A DNA stretch of 64,000 nucleotides from an uncultured Candidatus Marinamargulisbacteria bacterium (lineage in GTDB: Bacteria; Margulisbacteria; Marinamargulisbacteria; SXXA01; JAHFDB01), in the NCBI GenBank assembly GCA_964517775.1, contig CAZFCP010000001.1, forward strand, positions 115,371 to 179,370, read 5' to 3'. The notes beneath the pieces are model-generated. The model searched no databases. It was not told the DNA's origin and saw only the letters and a program-made list of their open reading frames with translations. How positions within the stretch are numbered: position 1 is the first letter of the stretch; the number at the start of each line of letters is the position of its first letter. Made by a program: the position numbers and the translations under genes. Shown here in pieces: positions 49,555 through 60,325 of the stretch.

Positions 49555-49741
49555 TTCAAAGACTCCTTAAGGAAATATTTTATAAGAATATTCTGCTCGA
49601 TCACCCAATGAAAGTCAATCTCTCCGTCACCCCGCCACCACAAAAACCCCATATCACAAATCTTTACCTGCGCAATTTCTCGCGCAGGGAGTGTATTCCA
49701 AATACATGACCGCAGCGAAAATTGTGCAGGTAAAGATTTGG

Positions 49742-49815
49742 TGGCGGCGACTAGATTCGAACTAGTGGCACCACGGGTATGAACCGTGTGCTCTAACCAA
49801 CTGAGCTACGCCGCC
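49742..49815 (-). tRNA. tRNA-Met (CAU), elongator type
   Basis: Reverse complement reads GGCGGCGTAGCTCAGTTGGTTAGAGCACACGGTTCATACCCGTGGTGCCACTAGTTCGAATCTAGTCGCCGCCA. G1-C72 pairs. There are only two GC pairs next to the anticodon loop, so it is not an initiator. Confidence 0.85.
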
Positions 49816-49887
49816 AGAAAAACACCCCAAAAAGGACTCTTATTGTAGAAAGATTTTTCTATTTCAGCAAGCTTATTTTAAGCCAAC

Positions 49888-50238
49888 CTATTTTATCGCC
49901 CCCTTCAAATGATCCCTCACCCGGCCATCACTCAACACAATCACATCAAACCGAGACGGCGGCTCCTCCGAATAAAAACGCATCATATAATATCGGGCCG
50001 TCTTCAAAAGCTTTTTAATCTTCGACGGCGTAATGGCCTCCAAAGGATCCATCAGGCTATTCTCTTTATACGACTTAACCTCCACAAAAACCAGCGTATC
50101 ATTGTCTTGAGCAATAATATCAATTTCCCCATATTTAGATGTAAAATTCTGCCTCACAATAGAATAGCCCTGAAGCTGCAGATATTCCAAAGCCTGCTCT
50201 TCTCCAGCCGTTCCCAGCTGTTTAGATAAAAGTCCCAT
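49888..50238 (-). CDS. yraN: YraN-family (UPF0102) endonuclease
   Basis: GEIDIIAQDNDTLVFVEVKSYK is the YraN core. It overlaps the rnhB stop. Confidence 0.7.
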   Translation of the reverse strand: MGLLSKQLGTAGEEQALEYLQLQGYSIVRQNFTSKYGEIDIIAQDNDTLVFVEVKSYKENSLMDPLEAITPSKIKKLLKTARYYMMRFYSEEPPSRFDVIVLSDGRVRDHLKGAIK

Positions 50239-50825
50239 TAAAACAGCTTCTGCTGCTGAGACACGTTAAAGGTTTTACGGTGGACATCACTAAACCCATA
50301 CTTAAATACTGCCTCCATGTGGTCCTGGGTTCCATAGCCCTTATGTTGTAAAAATCCGTATTGGGGATGAGCACAATCCAACTTTTTCATAATGGTATCC
50401 CGTGTTACTTTGGCAATAATGGACGCCGCAGAAATGGCAGGCACCAAAGCATCTCCCTTAACCAGGGTTTTCACTTCATACCCAGGCAAAGTCGGTGCTT
50501 TATTTCCATCCACAATCACCGTAAATCCAGAGGGATCATCGTCCTGCCCCAAAGCCTGCACAGCCCGTTGCATGGCTAACAGTGTGGCCTTCAGAATATT
50601 GAGTTTATCGATAAGAATATGATTCACAATTCCTATACCAATGACAGACCCTGACGCATTTAAAGCCTCGTAGGCTTGCTCGCGTTGTTGGGCAGATAAC
50701 ACCTTGGAATCGCTTAACAGAGTAAGTGGAAAATCCGGAGAGAGAATCACAGCCGCCGCCACAACAGGACCAGCTAAGGCTCCTCGCCCAGCTTCATCTA
50801 CACCGATAACAGGCTTATCCGTCAC
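50238..50825 (-). CDS. rnhB: Ribonuclease HII
   Basis: N-terminus VIGVDEAGRGALAGPVVAAAVIL. Confidence 0.85.
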   Translation of the reverse strand: MTDKPVIGVDEAGRGALAGPVVAAAVILSPDFPLTLLSDSKVLSAQQREQAYEALNASGSVIGIGIVNHILIDKLNILKATLLAMQRAVQALGQDDDPSGFTVIVDGNKAPTLPGYEVKTLVKGDALVPAISAASIIAKVTRDTIMKKLDCAHPQYGFLQHKGYGTQDHMEAVFKYGFSDVHRKTFNVSQQQKLF

Positions 50826-50831
50826 AACGTG

Positions 50832-52073
50832 TTAGCCGTTGTATTTTCGGATAATCAATACTCCGTTATGTCCGCCAAAACCAAAGGAATTGGACATAAC
50901 CACATTAACATCAGCTTTTACAGCAACATTAGGGGTATAGTTCAGATCACAAACTGGATCAGGATTTTCAAGGTTAATCGTAGGAGGAATCATTCCGTCA
51001 CGAATAGCCAGGGCCGATGCAATTAATTCGATGGCACCTGCAGCACCAAGCAAATGGCCTGTCATGGATTTTGTAGAACTGATTTTTACTTTTTTAGCAT
51101 GCTCGCCAAACACATCTTTGATAGCAAGCGTTTCATTTTTATCGTTAAGATCGGTGGATGTACCATGAGCATTGATATAATCAACATCCTCAGGTTTGAT
51201 TCCAGCGGCTTTTAAAGCCATGCGAACCGCACGTCTTGCACCCTCTCCCTCAGGAGCTGGAGCTGTGATGTGATAGGCATCTCCGGAACTTCCGGTACCG
51301 ATGACTTCCGCATAAATTTTTGCACCGCGGGCTTTGGCATGTTCGAGTTCTTCGAATACCAAAACACCGGATCCTTCGCCCATTACAAACCCGTCGCGTT
51401 GACCATCAAATGGACGTGAGGCACGTTGTGGTTCGTCGTTGCGCTCGGATAAAGAACGGGCTGCACAGAAACTGGCAAGACCCAGAGGCGTTACCGCAGC
51501 TTCGCTTCCACCGGTAATCATGGCAACCGCGCTGCCCTCTTGAATAAGACGGAAAGCGTTAGCCATAGAGTGTGCCGCTGATGCGCAGGCTGTTACAGAA
51601 CAGGAGTTAGGCCCTTTGGCACCGGTTTTAATGGAAACCAGACCAGCAGCCATATCGGCAATCATCATAGGAACCGTAAACGGACTGATACGAGCAGGAC
51701 CTTTGTCCTTTAGCGTATTGGCCATTTCTTCAAGGATTTCTATGCCGCCGATACCTGAACCTACTTCAACACCAATATCGTTAGCTTCGGCATGAACATC
51801 CAGACCTGAATCTTTTACAGCTTCTACAGCGGCTGCAATGGCTAATAAAATAAAGCGGCTTGTACGGCGTGCTTCTTTTTTATCCACATAAAGTTCAGGA
51901 TTAAAATCTTCAACCAAAGCTGCAATTTGCGTGGAATACTGACTGACATCAAAGCGATCTATCTTTTTAACACCGGATTTTCCGGCTAACAATGATGCCC
52001 AAAACGACTCCAATGTTGAACCTACCGGGCTAAAAACCCCCATTCCTGTTATAACGACACGCTTCTGAGTCAC
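50832..52073 (-). CDS. fabF: 3-oxoacyl-ACP synthase II
   Basis: 413 aa. The active-site Cys region is ...NSCSVTACASAAHSM.... C-terminal His/His motifs are present (...INAHGTST..., ...GHLLGAAG...). Confidence 0.9.
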   Translation of the reverse strand: MTQKRVVITGMGVFSPVGSTLESFWASLLAGKSGVKKIDRFDVSQYSTQIAALVEDFNPELYVDKKEARRTSRFILLAIAAAVEAVKDSGLDVHAEANDIGVEVGSGIGGIEILEEMANTLKDKGPARISPFTVPMMIADMAAGLVSIKTGAKGPNSCSVTACASAAHSMANAFRLIQEGSAVAMITGGSEAAVTPLGLASFCAARSLSERNDEPQRASRPFDGQRDGFVMGEGSGVLVFEELEHAKARGAKIYAEVIGTGSSGDAYHITAPAPEGEGARRAVRMALKAAGIKPEDVDYINAHGTSTDLNDKNETLAIKDVFGEHAKKVKISSTKSMTGHLLGAAGAIELIASALAIRDGMIPPTINLENPDPVCDLNYTPNVAVKADVNVVMSNSFGFGGHNGVLIIRKYNG

Positions 52074-52102
52074 TCAATATTCCTCCAAACTGATTTTCAA
52101 AC

Positions 52103-52351
52103 TTATTTTGTGTGAGAGATAATATAATCTACTGTTTTACCAACTGTTGTTAGTTTTTCAGCATCTTCGTCTGCAATTTCAGTTCCAAATTCTTCTTCAA
52201 GAGCCATAACTAATTCAACTGTATCTAAAGAATCTGCACCTAAGTCATCTGTGAAAGACGCTTCACGTGTTACTTCTTCTTCAGAAACACCTAGTTGTTC
52301 AACAATCACCGCTTTAACTTTTTCAAAAACTTCACCATCTGACATATACAA
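52103..52351 (-). CDS. acpP: Acyl carrier protein
   Basis: [20 protein letters not shown], where the Ser is the phosphopantetheine attachment site. Confidence 0.9.
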   Translation of the reverse strand: MYMSDGEVFEKVKAVIVEQLGVSEEEVTREASFTDDLGADSLDTVELVMALEEEFGTEIADEDAEKLTTVGKTVDYIISHTK

Positions 52352-52377
52352 ACTCCTCCTTAAAAAAATTAGCTATC

Positions 52378-53127
52378 TTACATTCTCATACCGCCGTCAA
52401 CACGGATAACTTCTCCTGTGACATAGGCTGACAAGTCCGACGACAAAAATAATACTAGATTTGCAACATCCTTTGGAGTACCCAACCTCTGCTGCGGAAT
52501 ACTTTTTATTATATTATCAAGGTATTCCTTAGGTAAAGATGCAATCATGTCCGTATCGATAAATCCGGGCGCTACAACATTACAGGTAATTCCTTTGACA
52601 CCGTATTCTCTGGCAACAGACTTTGCAAATCCCATAATCCCGGCTTTTGCAGCTGCATAATTGGCCTGACCGGCATTGCCCATCAATCCAACTACGGAGG
52701 CTACATTGATAATCCGTCCGTGCTTCTGCTTCATCATCGGGCGTAAAACGGCCTTTGTGGCAAAAAACACAGAATTCAGATTGGTTTGGACAACATCTGT
52801 CCATTCCGTATCGGAAAGACGAATCAGCAGGTTGTCCCGGGTGATTCCGGCATTGTTAACCAGAATATCCAGGCGACCGTACGCTGTTAAAACATCTTTC
52901 ACCAGACGGTTTACATCTTCGGAATCGGCAACGTTGACCTGAAGACCCATCGTTGTGTTTCCGGTTTCCTCGGAAATTTTTGCGGCTGCCGCTTGTGCAG
53001 ACTCCAGTTTGGTTCCACAACAGACAACCGTTGCACCGTGTTCAGATAAGACTCTGGCAATTTCAAACCCGATTCCCCGAGAGGATCCCGTTACCAGCGC
53101 CACCTGACCTTCTAATTGAATTGGCAT
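52378..53127 (-). CDS. fabG: 3-oxoacyl-ACP reductase
   Basis: The short-chain dehydrogenase/reductase (SDR) glycine motif is TGSSRGIG. The catalytic YxxxK is YAAAK. Confidence 0.85.
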   Translation of the reverse strand: MPIQLEGQVALVTGSSRGIGFEIARVLSEHGATVVCCGTKLESAQAAAAKISEETGNTTMGLQVNVADSEDVNRLVKDVLTAYGRLDILVNNAGITRDNLLIRLSDTEWTDVVQTNLNSVFFATKAVLRPMMKQKHGRIINVASVVGLMGNAGQANYAAAKAGIMGFAKSVAREYGVKGITCNVVAPGFIDTDMIASLPKEYLDNIIKSIPQQRLGTPKDVANLVLFLSSDLSAYVTGEVIRVDGGMRM

Positions 53128-54146
53128 TATGATTTCCTTTCCTTAACTTGTTTTCCCCCCCAGCAAATGAGATGAACACCCCAGGTAAATCCGGCACCAA
53201 ATCCAACCGTTAATAATAAATCACCCTCTGTTAAACGGCCTTCTTCTACCGCCTGACATAAGGCAATAGGAATAGACGCCGACGATGTATTTCCAAACTG
53301 CTGAACGTTTGCAAACACCTGATGAGACTTTAATCCCAGTTTATCTGCCGCATAATTAATAATTCTAAGATTAGCCTGATGCGGAATAAACAAGCCAATA
53401 TCACTGACCGATACGTTTGCCTTTTCCAAAACCGACTCTATAGCCGGAATCATTTTATCAATAGCCACCTTAAATACAGCTTTACCATTCATAAATATAA
53501 AATGTTCTTTGTTTTCTACAAGAGACGGGGTTAGAGGATTTCTGGATCCGCCACCTTTTACCATCAAAATATCCCCATAAGCGCCATCACTTTGAAGCTG
53601 AGAGCTGATAATGCCATAACCGGACTGTGTTTTAGATAAGACAACGGCACCGGCACCATCACCGAATAAAACACAGATGCTTCTATCTGACCAATCCAGA
53701 TATTTGGATAAACAATCTGTGGCTACAACCAACGCATTTGTGGCCTGACCCGTAGCAATATATTGAGAGGCAACAGATAACGCATAGCTAAAACCCGAGC
53801 AGGCTGCAGATACATCAAACGCCATAATCTGTTTAAGCCCCAGACGTTGTTGAATTAAACAGGCATTAGATGGAAATAAAGGGTAATCAGGGGTAGTTGT
53901 CGCAACAACAATCAAATCGATATCGTCTGTTTTTAAACCGGCATTTGCGATAGCTTTTTTAGAGGCTTCAAATCCCATATCCGAGCTTGAAACAGTGGCA
54001 TCGGCAATATGTCGTTTTTCGATTCCGGTACGCTCTACAATCCAGTCGTTGGAGGTGTCCACGCCCATGGCAACGATGTCATCATTGGTCACCACTTTCG
54101 GCGGCACATACATGCCAAGGCCTATAATCCCAACGGATTGTTTCAT
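53127..54146 (-). CDS. fabH: 3-oxoacyl-ACP synthase III
   Basis: The active-site Cys is in ...DVSAACSGF.... The C-terminal region is ...GNTSSASIPIAL.... Confidence 0.85.
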   Translation of the reverse strand: MKQSVGIIGLGMYVPPKVVTNDDIVAMGVDTSNDWIVERTGIEKRHIADATVSSSDMGFEASKKAIANAGLKTDDIDLIVVATTTPDYPLFPSNACLIQQRLGLKQIMAFDVSAACSGFSYALSVASQYIATGQATNALVVATDCLSKYLDWSDRSICVLFGDGAGAVVLSKTQSGYGIISSQLQSDGAYGDILMVKGGGSRNPLTPSLVENKEHFIFMNGKAVFKVAIDKMIPAIESVLEKANVSVSDIGLFIPHQANLRIINYAADKLGLKSHQVFANVQQFGNTSSASIPIALCQAVEEGRLTEGDLLLTVGFGAGFTWGVHLICWGGKQVKERKS

Positions 54147-55138
54147 GATGATAAAGCCTCTGCGATTTTCCCTACGATATCACTTTCAACCGTTTGTTTA
54201 GCAGTACGAATCGCATTTTTAATAGCCACTCGTTTGGATTTTCCATGCGCAATAACCGACACACCGTTAACACCAAGCAACGGAGCTCCGCCGTATTCCT
54301 GATAATCAAACCGTTTAATAAATCGGGTCAGTGCAGGCTTAAGCATTAAAATTCCTATTAACGACCGTAGAGAGGATTTTGCTTCCGTTTTAAAAAAGTC
54401 CAGAAAAATACTGGTGACACCTTCTCCAAATTTTAACAGGGTATTACCCACAAATCCATCACAAACCACAACATCGGCTTTTCCAAGTAAAATATCTTTA
54501 CCTTCAACGTTTCCAATAAAATTAATTTCTGAGGTTTCTTTTAAGACAGGATAAGCCTCAAGTGTGGCATGATTTCCCTTGTCTTCTTCCTCGCCAATAT
54601 TAAGTAAGGCAATACGAGGACTTTCTTTTTGAAAGATCATTTTTGAGAAGTAATGACCCATAATGCCGAACTGAACGAGGTGTTGAGGTTTAGAATCTAC
54701 GTTAGATCCCATATCCAGCATAATTAAAGGATCAACCATTGTAGGCAGAACAGTGGCGATAGCAGGCCGCTCCACACCGGGAATACGACCTAAAGTTAAG
54801 GTTGAGGCTGCCATAACGGCTCCGGTATTTCCGGCAGATACGAAGGCATCGGCTTTGGCGTCCTTAACCATATTTAAACCAATTTGAATGGACGAATTTT
54901 TCTTTTTTCTAAAGGCTAAAGAAGGAGATTCAGACATCCCGACAATATCAGGAGCATGAATGATTTCAGACTTGTCATGAGGCCAATCGGAAAACTTAGC
55001 TACTTCAGCTTTTACTATGTCTTCAGGGCCGACAAGGAACAAAAAAACATCCAGCTCTTTAATAGCCAGATAAGCTCCCTGCATAACCTCCCCTGGCGCA
55101 TGGTCCCCCCCCATCACGTCAAAGGCTACTCGGATCAA
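54143..55138 (-). CDS. plsX: Phosphate acyltransferase PlsX
   Basis: MIRVAFDVMGGDHAPGEVMQGA... is the canonical PlsX start. Confidence 0.85.
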   Translation of the reverse strand: MIRVAFDVMGGDHAPGEVMQGAYLAIKELDVFLFLVGPEDIVKAEVAKFSDWPHDKSEIIHAPDIVGMSESPSLAFRKKKNSSIQIGLNMVKDAKADAFVSAGNTGAVMAASTLTLGRIPGVERPAIATVLPTMVDPLIMLDMGSNVDSKPQHLVQFGIMGHYFSKMIFQKESPRIALLNIGEEEDKGNHATLEAYPVLKETSEINFIGNVEGKDILLGKADVVVCDGFVGNTLLKFGEGVTSIFLDFFKTEAKSSLRSLIGILMLKPALTRFIKRFDYQEYGGAPLLGVNGVSVIAHGKSKRVAIKNAIRTAKQTVESDIVGKIAEALSS

Positions 55139-55339
55139 CTAGCTTTCCTTCTGAGTGTCCTTCGATTTGATTTGAAGTACCTGTCTGTTTTTATATGTAC
55201 CGCACTCTTTACATGCAAAGTGAGATAACCCTAAAGCACCACAACTTGGGCAAGGGCGAAGGTTTGGGGTTTCGATTTTAAAGTAAGCCCCTTTAATACG
55301 TTTTTTTGATTTTGAGCGTCGCTTTTTTGGAACTGGCAT
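55139..55339 (-). CDS. rpmF: 50S ribosomal protein L32
   Basis: MPVPKKRRSKSKKRIKGAYFK... plus a zinc-ribbon CPSCG...CKECG. Confidence 0.85.
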   Translation of the reverse strand: MPVPKKRRSKSKKRIKGAYFKIETPNLRPCPSCGALGLSHFACKECGTYKNRQVLQIKSKDTQKES

Positions 55340-55373
55340 ATGATTATCCTATTAAACAAAGTTTATCTTGTAG

Positions 55374-55414
55374 AAAAAACAAGGCCCCTCATAATAATAA
55401 GGGGCCTTTTATCT
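55374..55414 (-). terminator. Bidirectional-looking intrinsic terminator downstream of glnA
   Basis: aaggcccct-cataataataa-ggggcctt is flanked by an A-run on one side and a T-run on the other. Confidence 0.6.
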
Positions 55415-55438
55415 GTCAAGGTTGAGCGTAAGTTCAGC

Positions 55439-56863
55439 CTAGATATCGTAGTACATCATAAATTCCCAAGGGTGAGGTCTTAAATCAACAGCCTTTACCT
55501 CTTTGGTCATTTTGTATTCAATCCAGTTTTGGATAACGTCTTTTGTAAAGACATCGCCTTTTAATAAGAAGTCATGATCTTTTTCCAGAGCTTCTAAAGC
55601 AGCAGCTAAAGAACCAGGAGTTTGAGGAACTTTTGCAAGCTCTTCAGGAGGTAGATCATAGATATCTTTATCAAGCGGCTGGCCTGGATCAATTTTATTT
55701 AAAATTCCGTCTACAGCTGCCATTAGGATAGCTGAGAAAGCAAGATATGGGTTGCAGCTTGGATCTGGACATCTGAATTCAAAACGGCGGGCTTTATCCG
55801 AATTTACAATTGGAATACGGATGGAAGCGCTGCGGTTTCTACCTGAAAAGGCCAAATTAACCGGAGCTTCAAATCCTGGAACCAGACGTCTGTAGCTGTT
55901 TGTAGATGGGTTTGTAAACGCAAGTAATGCCGGAGCGTGTTTCAAAATACCGCCAATAGCATACATGGCTGTTTGAGATAATCCGCCATAGCCGTTTCCT
56001 GCAAACAGGTTTTGTCCATCTTTCCAGATAGAAAGGTGAACGTGCATACCGCTGCCGTTATCATTCCATAATGGTTTTGGCATAAAGGTTACGGATTTAC
56101 CGTATCTGTTGGCTACGTTTTTAACAACGTATTTAAATTTCATCATGGTGTCGCCCATATGAAGCAGTGGAGCAAAACGCATATCCACTTCACATTGACC
56201 GCCAGTTGCCACTTCATGGTGATGCGCTTCCATTGGAATGCCCATGTCCTGAAGGGTAAGTAACATTTCGCTACGGATATCCTGATGGGTATCGGAAGGT
56301 GGAACCGGGAAATAACCTTCTTTAAAGCGAAGTTTATAGCCTAAGTTTGGCGCTTCTTCACGGCCTGTGTTCCAGCGTGCTTCATCAGAATCGATAAAGT
56401 AGAAACCCTGATTTTCTTTTTGATCGTAACGGATGTCATCGAAAATAAAGAATTCAGGTTCAGGTCCGATGTAGGCGGTGTCGCCAAGTCCGATAGACTT
56501 TAAATATTGCTCTGCTTTTTTAGCTACGTTACGTGGATCTCTTGTGTAATCCTGACCAGTTACCGGGTCAGAAATAGAACAGGTCATTACTATTGTTTTA
56601 TGTGTGAAAAACGGATCGATAAACGCGGTTGTCGCATCAGGTTTCATCAACATGTCAGACTCGTTAATTGCCTGCCAGCCTCTGATACTTGATCCATCAA
56701 ATCCTAATCCATTTTTAAAAAGTCCTTCATCTACTATCGCTGCAGGTATAGAAAAGTGTTGCCAAATCCCCATAAAATCTGTGAAACGAAGGTCAACAAT
56801 TTGAACTTCTTCACGTTTAATAAACTCAACAACGTCTTGTGGGGTTTTGAATACCGCCGACAT
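55439..56863 (-). CDS. glnA: Glutamine synthetase type I
   Basis: N-terminus [40 protein letters not shown]. The start was chosen at ATG 56863, which has an AGGAGG 9 nt upstream. The track ORF starts 24 nt earlier. Confidence 0.85.
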   Translation of the reverse strand: MSAVFKTPQDVVEFIKREEVQIVDLRFTDFMGIWQHFSIPAAIVDEGLFKNGLGFDGSSIRGWQAINESDMLMKPDATTAFIDPFFTHKTIVMTCSISDPVTGQDYTRDPRNVAKKAEQYLKSIGLGDTAYIGPEPEFFIFDDIRYDQKENQGFYFIDSDEARWNTGREEAPNLGYKLRFKEGYFPVPPSDTHQDIRSEMLLTLQDMGIPMEAHHHEVATGGQCEVDMRFAPLLHMGDTMMKFKYVVKNVANRYGKSVTFMPKPLWNDNGSGMHVHLSIWKDGQNLFAGNGYGGLSQTAMYAIGGILKHAPALLAFTNPSTNSYRRLVPGFEAPVNLAFSGRNRSASIRIPIVNSDKARRFEFRCPDPSCNPYLAFSAILMAAVDGILNKIDPGQPLDKDIYDLPPEELAKVPQTPGSLAAALEALEKDHDFLLKGDVFTKDVIQNWIEYKMTKEVKAVDLRPHPWEFMMYYDI

Positions 56864-57002
56864 AAAGAATCCTCCTGAATGAAGCAATTTTTAAAGTAAA
56901 TGAACGCTATTAACTGTATCGGTTTTGAAAAAATCTGACAAGTTTTTTAAACGGTGCTATACTCAATCCTTCGATTTTAAACTTAAAAAATAGGAGCAGA
57001 CA

Positions 57003-58103
57003 TTGGCCAGTAGCAAGTTCTTTTTTTCCAAAATACCAAGCATCCAAGTCATTCGTTTTTTTGCAGTATTTTTTGTCATTATTACCCATGCTATATCACG
57101 AGCAATGCGTCTCTACCCAAACCACGTCGTCGAACAAAGCTTTCTATATAAAGGAGCTGTATTAAGCCACATTGGGGTAGATTTATTTTTTATTATTTCC
57201 GGCTTCATTATGATAACAACTCAATATGAAAATTTTGGAAACTGGAAAAACATATTAATTTTTCTAAAAAAAAGAGTGATTAGAATTGTTCCACTATACT
57301 GGATATTAAGCAGCCTCGCACTTTTTCTTCTCACTTTTTTCCCTTATCTTTTTTCGTTCGGACAAAAACCTCAGCTTCTTTGGGCCTTATCTTCTTTTTT
57401 GTTTTTACCGGCAACCTCAAGTGCCGGGGATGTTTTTTCTCCCATCTTAGGACTAGGATGGACATTAAATTATGAAATGTATTTTTACATTATTTTTGGA
57501 CTAATACTGATAATGCCCCGTTACTTAGCTATTTCATTTATTACGCTATTTTTTTTAGCATCAGCTATGTTGAGTACATTTTTTGAATTTTCGTCACCTT
57601 TTTTAATACAATCAACCAGCTGGATTTTGTTAGAGTTTATACTAGGTATTTTTTTGGGACTTCTATATAAAAAAAATGTTAAGCTTCCTAAGTTGATAGG
57701 ATTATCTTTAATTGTTTTAGGAAGTATTTTAATTATAATAACACCGTTATTTTTACCGGATATCACATCTTTTAAAAATCTTGAATACGGACTTCATACA
57801 TTTCGATTTTTATTTTGGGGGATCCCTTCCGCTATTACTATTAGCGGATTTATATTTTCGTTTCCATATTTTTTAGCAGGAACCTGGCTGGAGAAACTAG
57901 GAAATGCATCCTATTCTCTTTATCTTATTCAAGCTTTTTCTTTGCCAGCAACAGGGTTATTGCTAAAAAAATATATGCATATGAATCTTGATAGCAATGT
58001 ATTTATTAGTCTGCTAACACTGTGCACCCTATGTTTAGGGTACACACTATATATCTATCTCGAAAAACCACTAACAAGCTACCTTACAAAAAAACTTCTG
58101 TAA
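57003..58103 (+). CDS. Acyltransferase family 3 (OafA/YrhL-like) membrane protein
   Basis: ...IQVIRFFAVFFVIITHAIS... A multi-transmembrane architecture runs throughout. Confidence 0.7.
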   Translation: MASSKFFFSKIPSIQVIRFFAVFFVIITHAISRAMRLYPNHVVEQSFLYKGAVLSHIGVDLFFIISGFIMITTQYENFGNWKNILIFLKKRVIRIVPLYWILSSLALFLLTFFPYLFSFGQKPQLLWALSSFLFLPATSSAGDVFSPILGLGWTLNYEMYFYIIFGLILIMPRYLAISFITLFFLASAMLSTFFEFSSPFLIQSTSWILLEFILGIFLGLLYKKNVKLPKLIGLSLIVLGSILIIITPLFLPDITSFKNLEYGLHTFRFLFWGIPSAITISGFIFSFPYFLAGTWLEKLGNASYSLYLIQAFSLPATGLLLKKYMHMNLDSNVFISLLTLCTLCLGYTLYIYLEKPLTSYLTKKLL

Positions 58104-58134
58104 GGCTGTCTTGTTTCTCTAATAAAAATTTGTA

Positions 58135-58689
58135 CTAGAAACCGTAGCCTACTGACAGCGAAAGGGTTCCGTTTTTCAAACCTGTAGCATTTTTATAAAC
58201 ATCCTGAATACCAAATTCGTAACGGGCATCTGCACTCCATGCGAAAAAGCGGTAGCTTGCACCTAGAACAGCTCCGTAATCAAGGCTGTTAAATGAGCTG
58301 GAATCCTGACTTATTGCGCCTGAATCTTTTCCAGACAACAAAATGGCCATATAAGGACCTGCGTATACTGAAAAATCTAATAAAGGAACCGGTTTCATTT
58401 TCACTAAAACAGGCACTTCCAGGTAGCTGGCTTCAGTAAGTCTGTTTACACCACTCATATCAACGTTATTTCCTTTTTCAATGTATAAACCTTCTACCTG
58501 AAGATCAAACAATAAAAAGCTTTGAGACACATATCCGCCTAACATAATCCCGCTTCGTGATGATGTATTTCCAATTGATGACGAACCCGCAAACGATGAT
58601 GACGTAAGCCCAGCTTTTACGCCCATATCCAACGCAAAAGACTGAACAGCCAAACAAAGGACAAAACCAAGGGCTAACCATTTTTTCAT
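58135..58689 (-). CDS. Small outer-membrane beta-barrel protein (OmpW/opacity-like fold)
   Basis: Signal peptide, alternating beta-strand pattern, C-terminal ...LSVGYGF. Confidence 0.55.
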   Translation of the reverse strand: MKKWLALGFVLCLAVQSFALDMGVKAGLTSSSFAGSSSIGNTSSRSGIMLGGYVSQSFLLFDLQVEGLYIEKGNNVDMSGVNRLTEASYLEVPVLVKMKPVPLLDFSVYAGPYMAILLSGKDSGAISQDSSSFNSLDYGAVLGASYRFFAWSADARYEFGIQDVYKNATGLKNGTLSLSVGYGF

Positions 58690-58774
58690 AACAATCTCCT
58701 TATTGCTGCAAAATCATTAAGAATTGCAACCATTTTTCTTGTAATGTGAAGTCTATCTTCTTATAGCAAGATTT

Positions 58775-60325
58775 TTAATAAACCTCAACTCCAAGCATAA
58801 ATTGACCGTTTAAGGTATTCCATCTGAAGAAGGTTTTCCAGCAGTGTTGGGAAAAACCTATACCCATGTCGGCAGTTACAAGAACGCGTTGTTCCAGGGC
58901 ATAGCGGGATTCTCCGAATATCTCAAAACCGGAAAAAACCTGACTGAATCTTAAGCCAAGTTCATCGTCTTCCACAGCGTACTTACGCTCGAATTCAAAA
59001 GGGCTGGATCCGTACTTTAGTATCCGCTTTACAATCCATACATTGGGATTAAATACTGTTTTCCAGGTTCCTCCCACTTTCAACCAGACACGTTGCCAGG
59101 TATCGGCGTTGTCATAAAAACGACTGTCATGAACAAGGCTGGTTTGACCCTCTATGGTTGATGTCAACGCAAAACGTCTTTCGATTTCGGTTTCAGTGTT
59201 AAGTGTCCATTTTTGGAGATACTGCCTCGAGCTGTTGCTTTCGCCTAATAATCCACCCTTTACCTGGAGGTTTAAAAAAAAGCCTGTATCAAAAATTGGA
59301 CGCTGACGAATGGCAACTTCTGCAAACGGTTTTTTATCGACACGTGAATCGTTAATAAGTTCGCCCCAGGTCATGGAGAGGATAAGGTTTTTTAACGGTT
59401 GCTGCTCGAAGGTATTAAATTTGGTTAGGAGGGATTTCATCCAGCTCATTCTGGCAGGATCGGAACCCGCATTTTTAGTAGGAGGCTCGATAGGCGAAAA
59501 GTTTAAAAAATAACGGACGCCGCCATCCCAGCCATCGTTACCCAGGCTGTGAAGAGACACTTCGAGAAGTTCAGCAGGAGAAAGCCCTTGATGATGGGTA
59601 GCTCCAAACATCAGACCGGATGCTCCCAGGTAGCCAAGGTCAACAGTTCCTGTTGATTGAGGTGAAATAAAATAAGGGATTTTACCTTTGATATAAGCAC
59701 CTTCCCGAGGAGATGATCCGATGGTTGGCAACGGTGTAGAGGTCCCTAATAAACTGTAAGCAGAGTTTCCATATACATAGGTAGGAACCCAGATACCAAA
59801 AGGTAAAACCTGGGTTTTAATGTCGTTGTCAAACGCTACAAAAAAGCCAAATTGAGGGTAAACTATGAGAGTTTTTGAACGTACAAGGTAATGAGGATTG
59901 GGATCATCACAGGTGGTAAATTCTGCGTTTTTCAAAATCCAGCGTTCTTTTTCCAGCGTTAAAGTTTCGCCTTTAATGGTAAGACGGCCTGCTTTTGAAA
60001 ACAGGTTTTCTGCCGTTCCGCTGTAAGTAGACATGTTGTAATCAAATTTCTCGGCCTTAACTTCCTGATCATCTCTGGAAATGGTAAAACTTCCTGGGAT
60101 TTTAATACGTTTTTTTTGGAGGCTGTACTTAAAAACGGAGGTATTTAACGTGGTGCCCTGGTACGCAATAACCACGTTGCCGGTTGCATCCACATTGGCA
60201 TAATTATGATCGTAAACAACCTTCTCTCCCTCAATCAACAAATCTTTGGGATTAGGGACTTGAGCTGAAACAGATCCTGCAACAAGCAGGCCAGCAATAC
60301 AAACAGCCAGACGTTTAGAAAGCAT
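58775..60325 (-). CDS. LptD/OstA-like LPS-assembly outer-membrane protein (short; weak call)
   Basis: The start was chosen at MLSKRLAVCIAGLLVAGSVSAQ, a signal peptide, at ATG 60325. The OstA-like N-domain has ...AEFTTCDDPNP.... A beta-rich C-terminus follows. Confidence 0.45.
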   Translation of the reverse strand: MLSKRLAVCIAGLLVAGSVSAQVPNPKDLLIEGEKVVYDHNYANVDATGNVVIAYQGTTLNTSVFKYSLQKKRIKIPGSFTISRDDQEVKAEKFDYNMSTYSGTAENLFSKAGRLTIKGETLTLEKERWILKNAEFTTCDDPNPHYLVRSKTLIVYPQFGFFVAFDNDIKTQVLPFGIWVPTYVYGNSAYSLLGTSTPLPTIGSSPREGAYIKGKIPYFISPQSTGTVDLGYLGASGLMFGATHHQGLSPAELLEVSLHSLGNDGWDGGVRYFLNFSPIEPPTKNAGSDPARMSWMKSLLTKFNTFEQQPLKNLILSMTWGELINDSRVDKKPFAEVAIRQRPIFDTGFFLNLQVKGGLLGESNSSRQYLQKWTLNTETEIERRFALTSTIEGQTSLVHDSRFYDNADTWQRVWLKVGGTWKTVFNPNVWIVKRILKYGSSPFEFERKYAVEDDELGLRFSQVFSGFEIFGESRYALEQRVLVTADMGIGFSQHCWKTFFRWNTLNGQFMLGVEVY

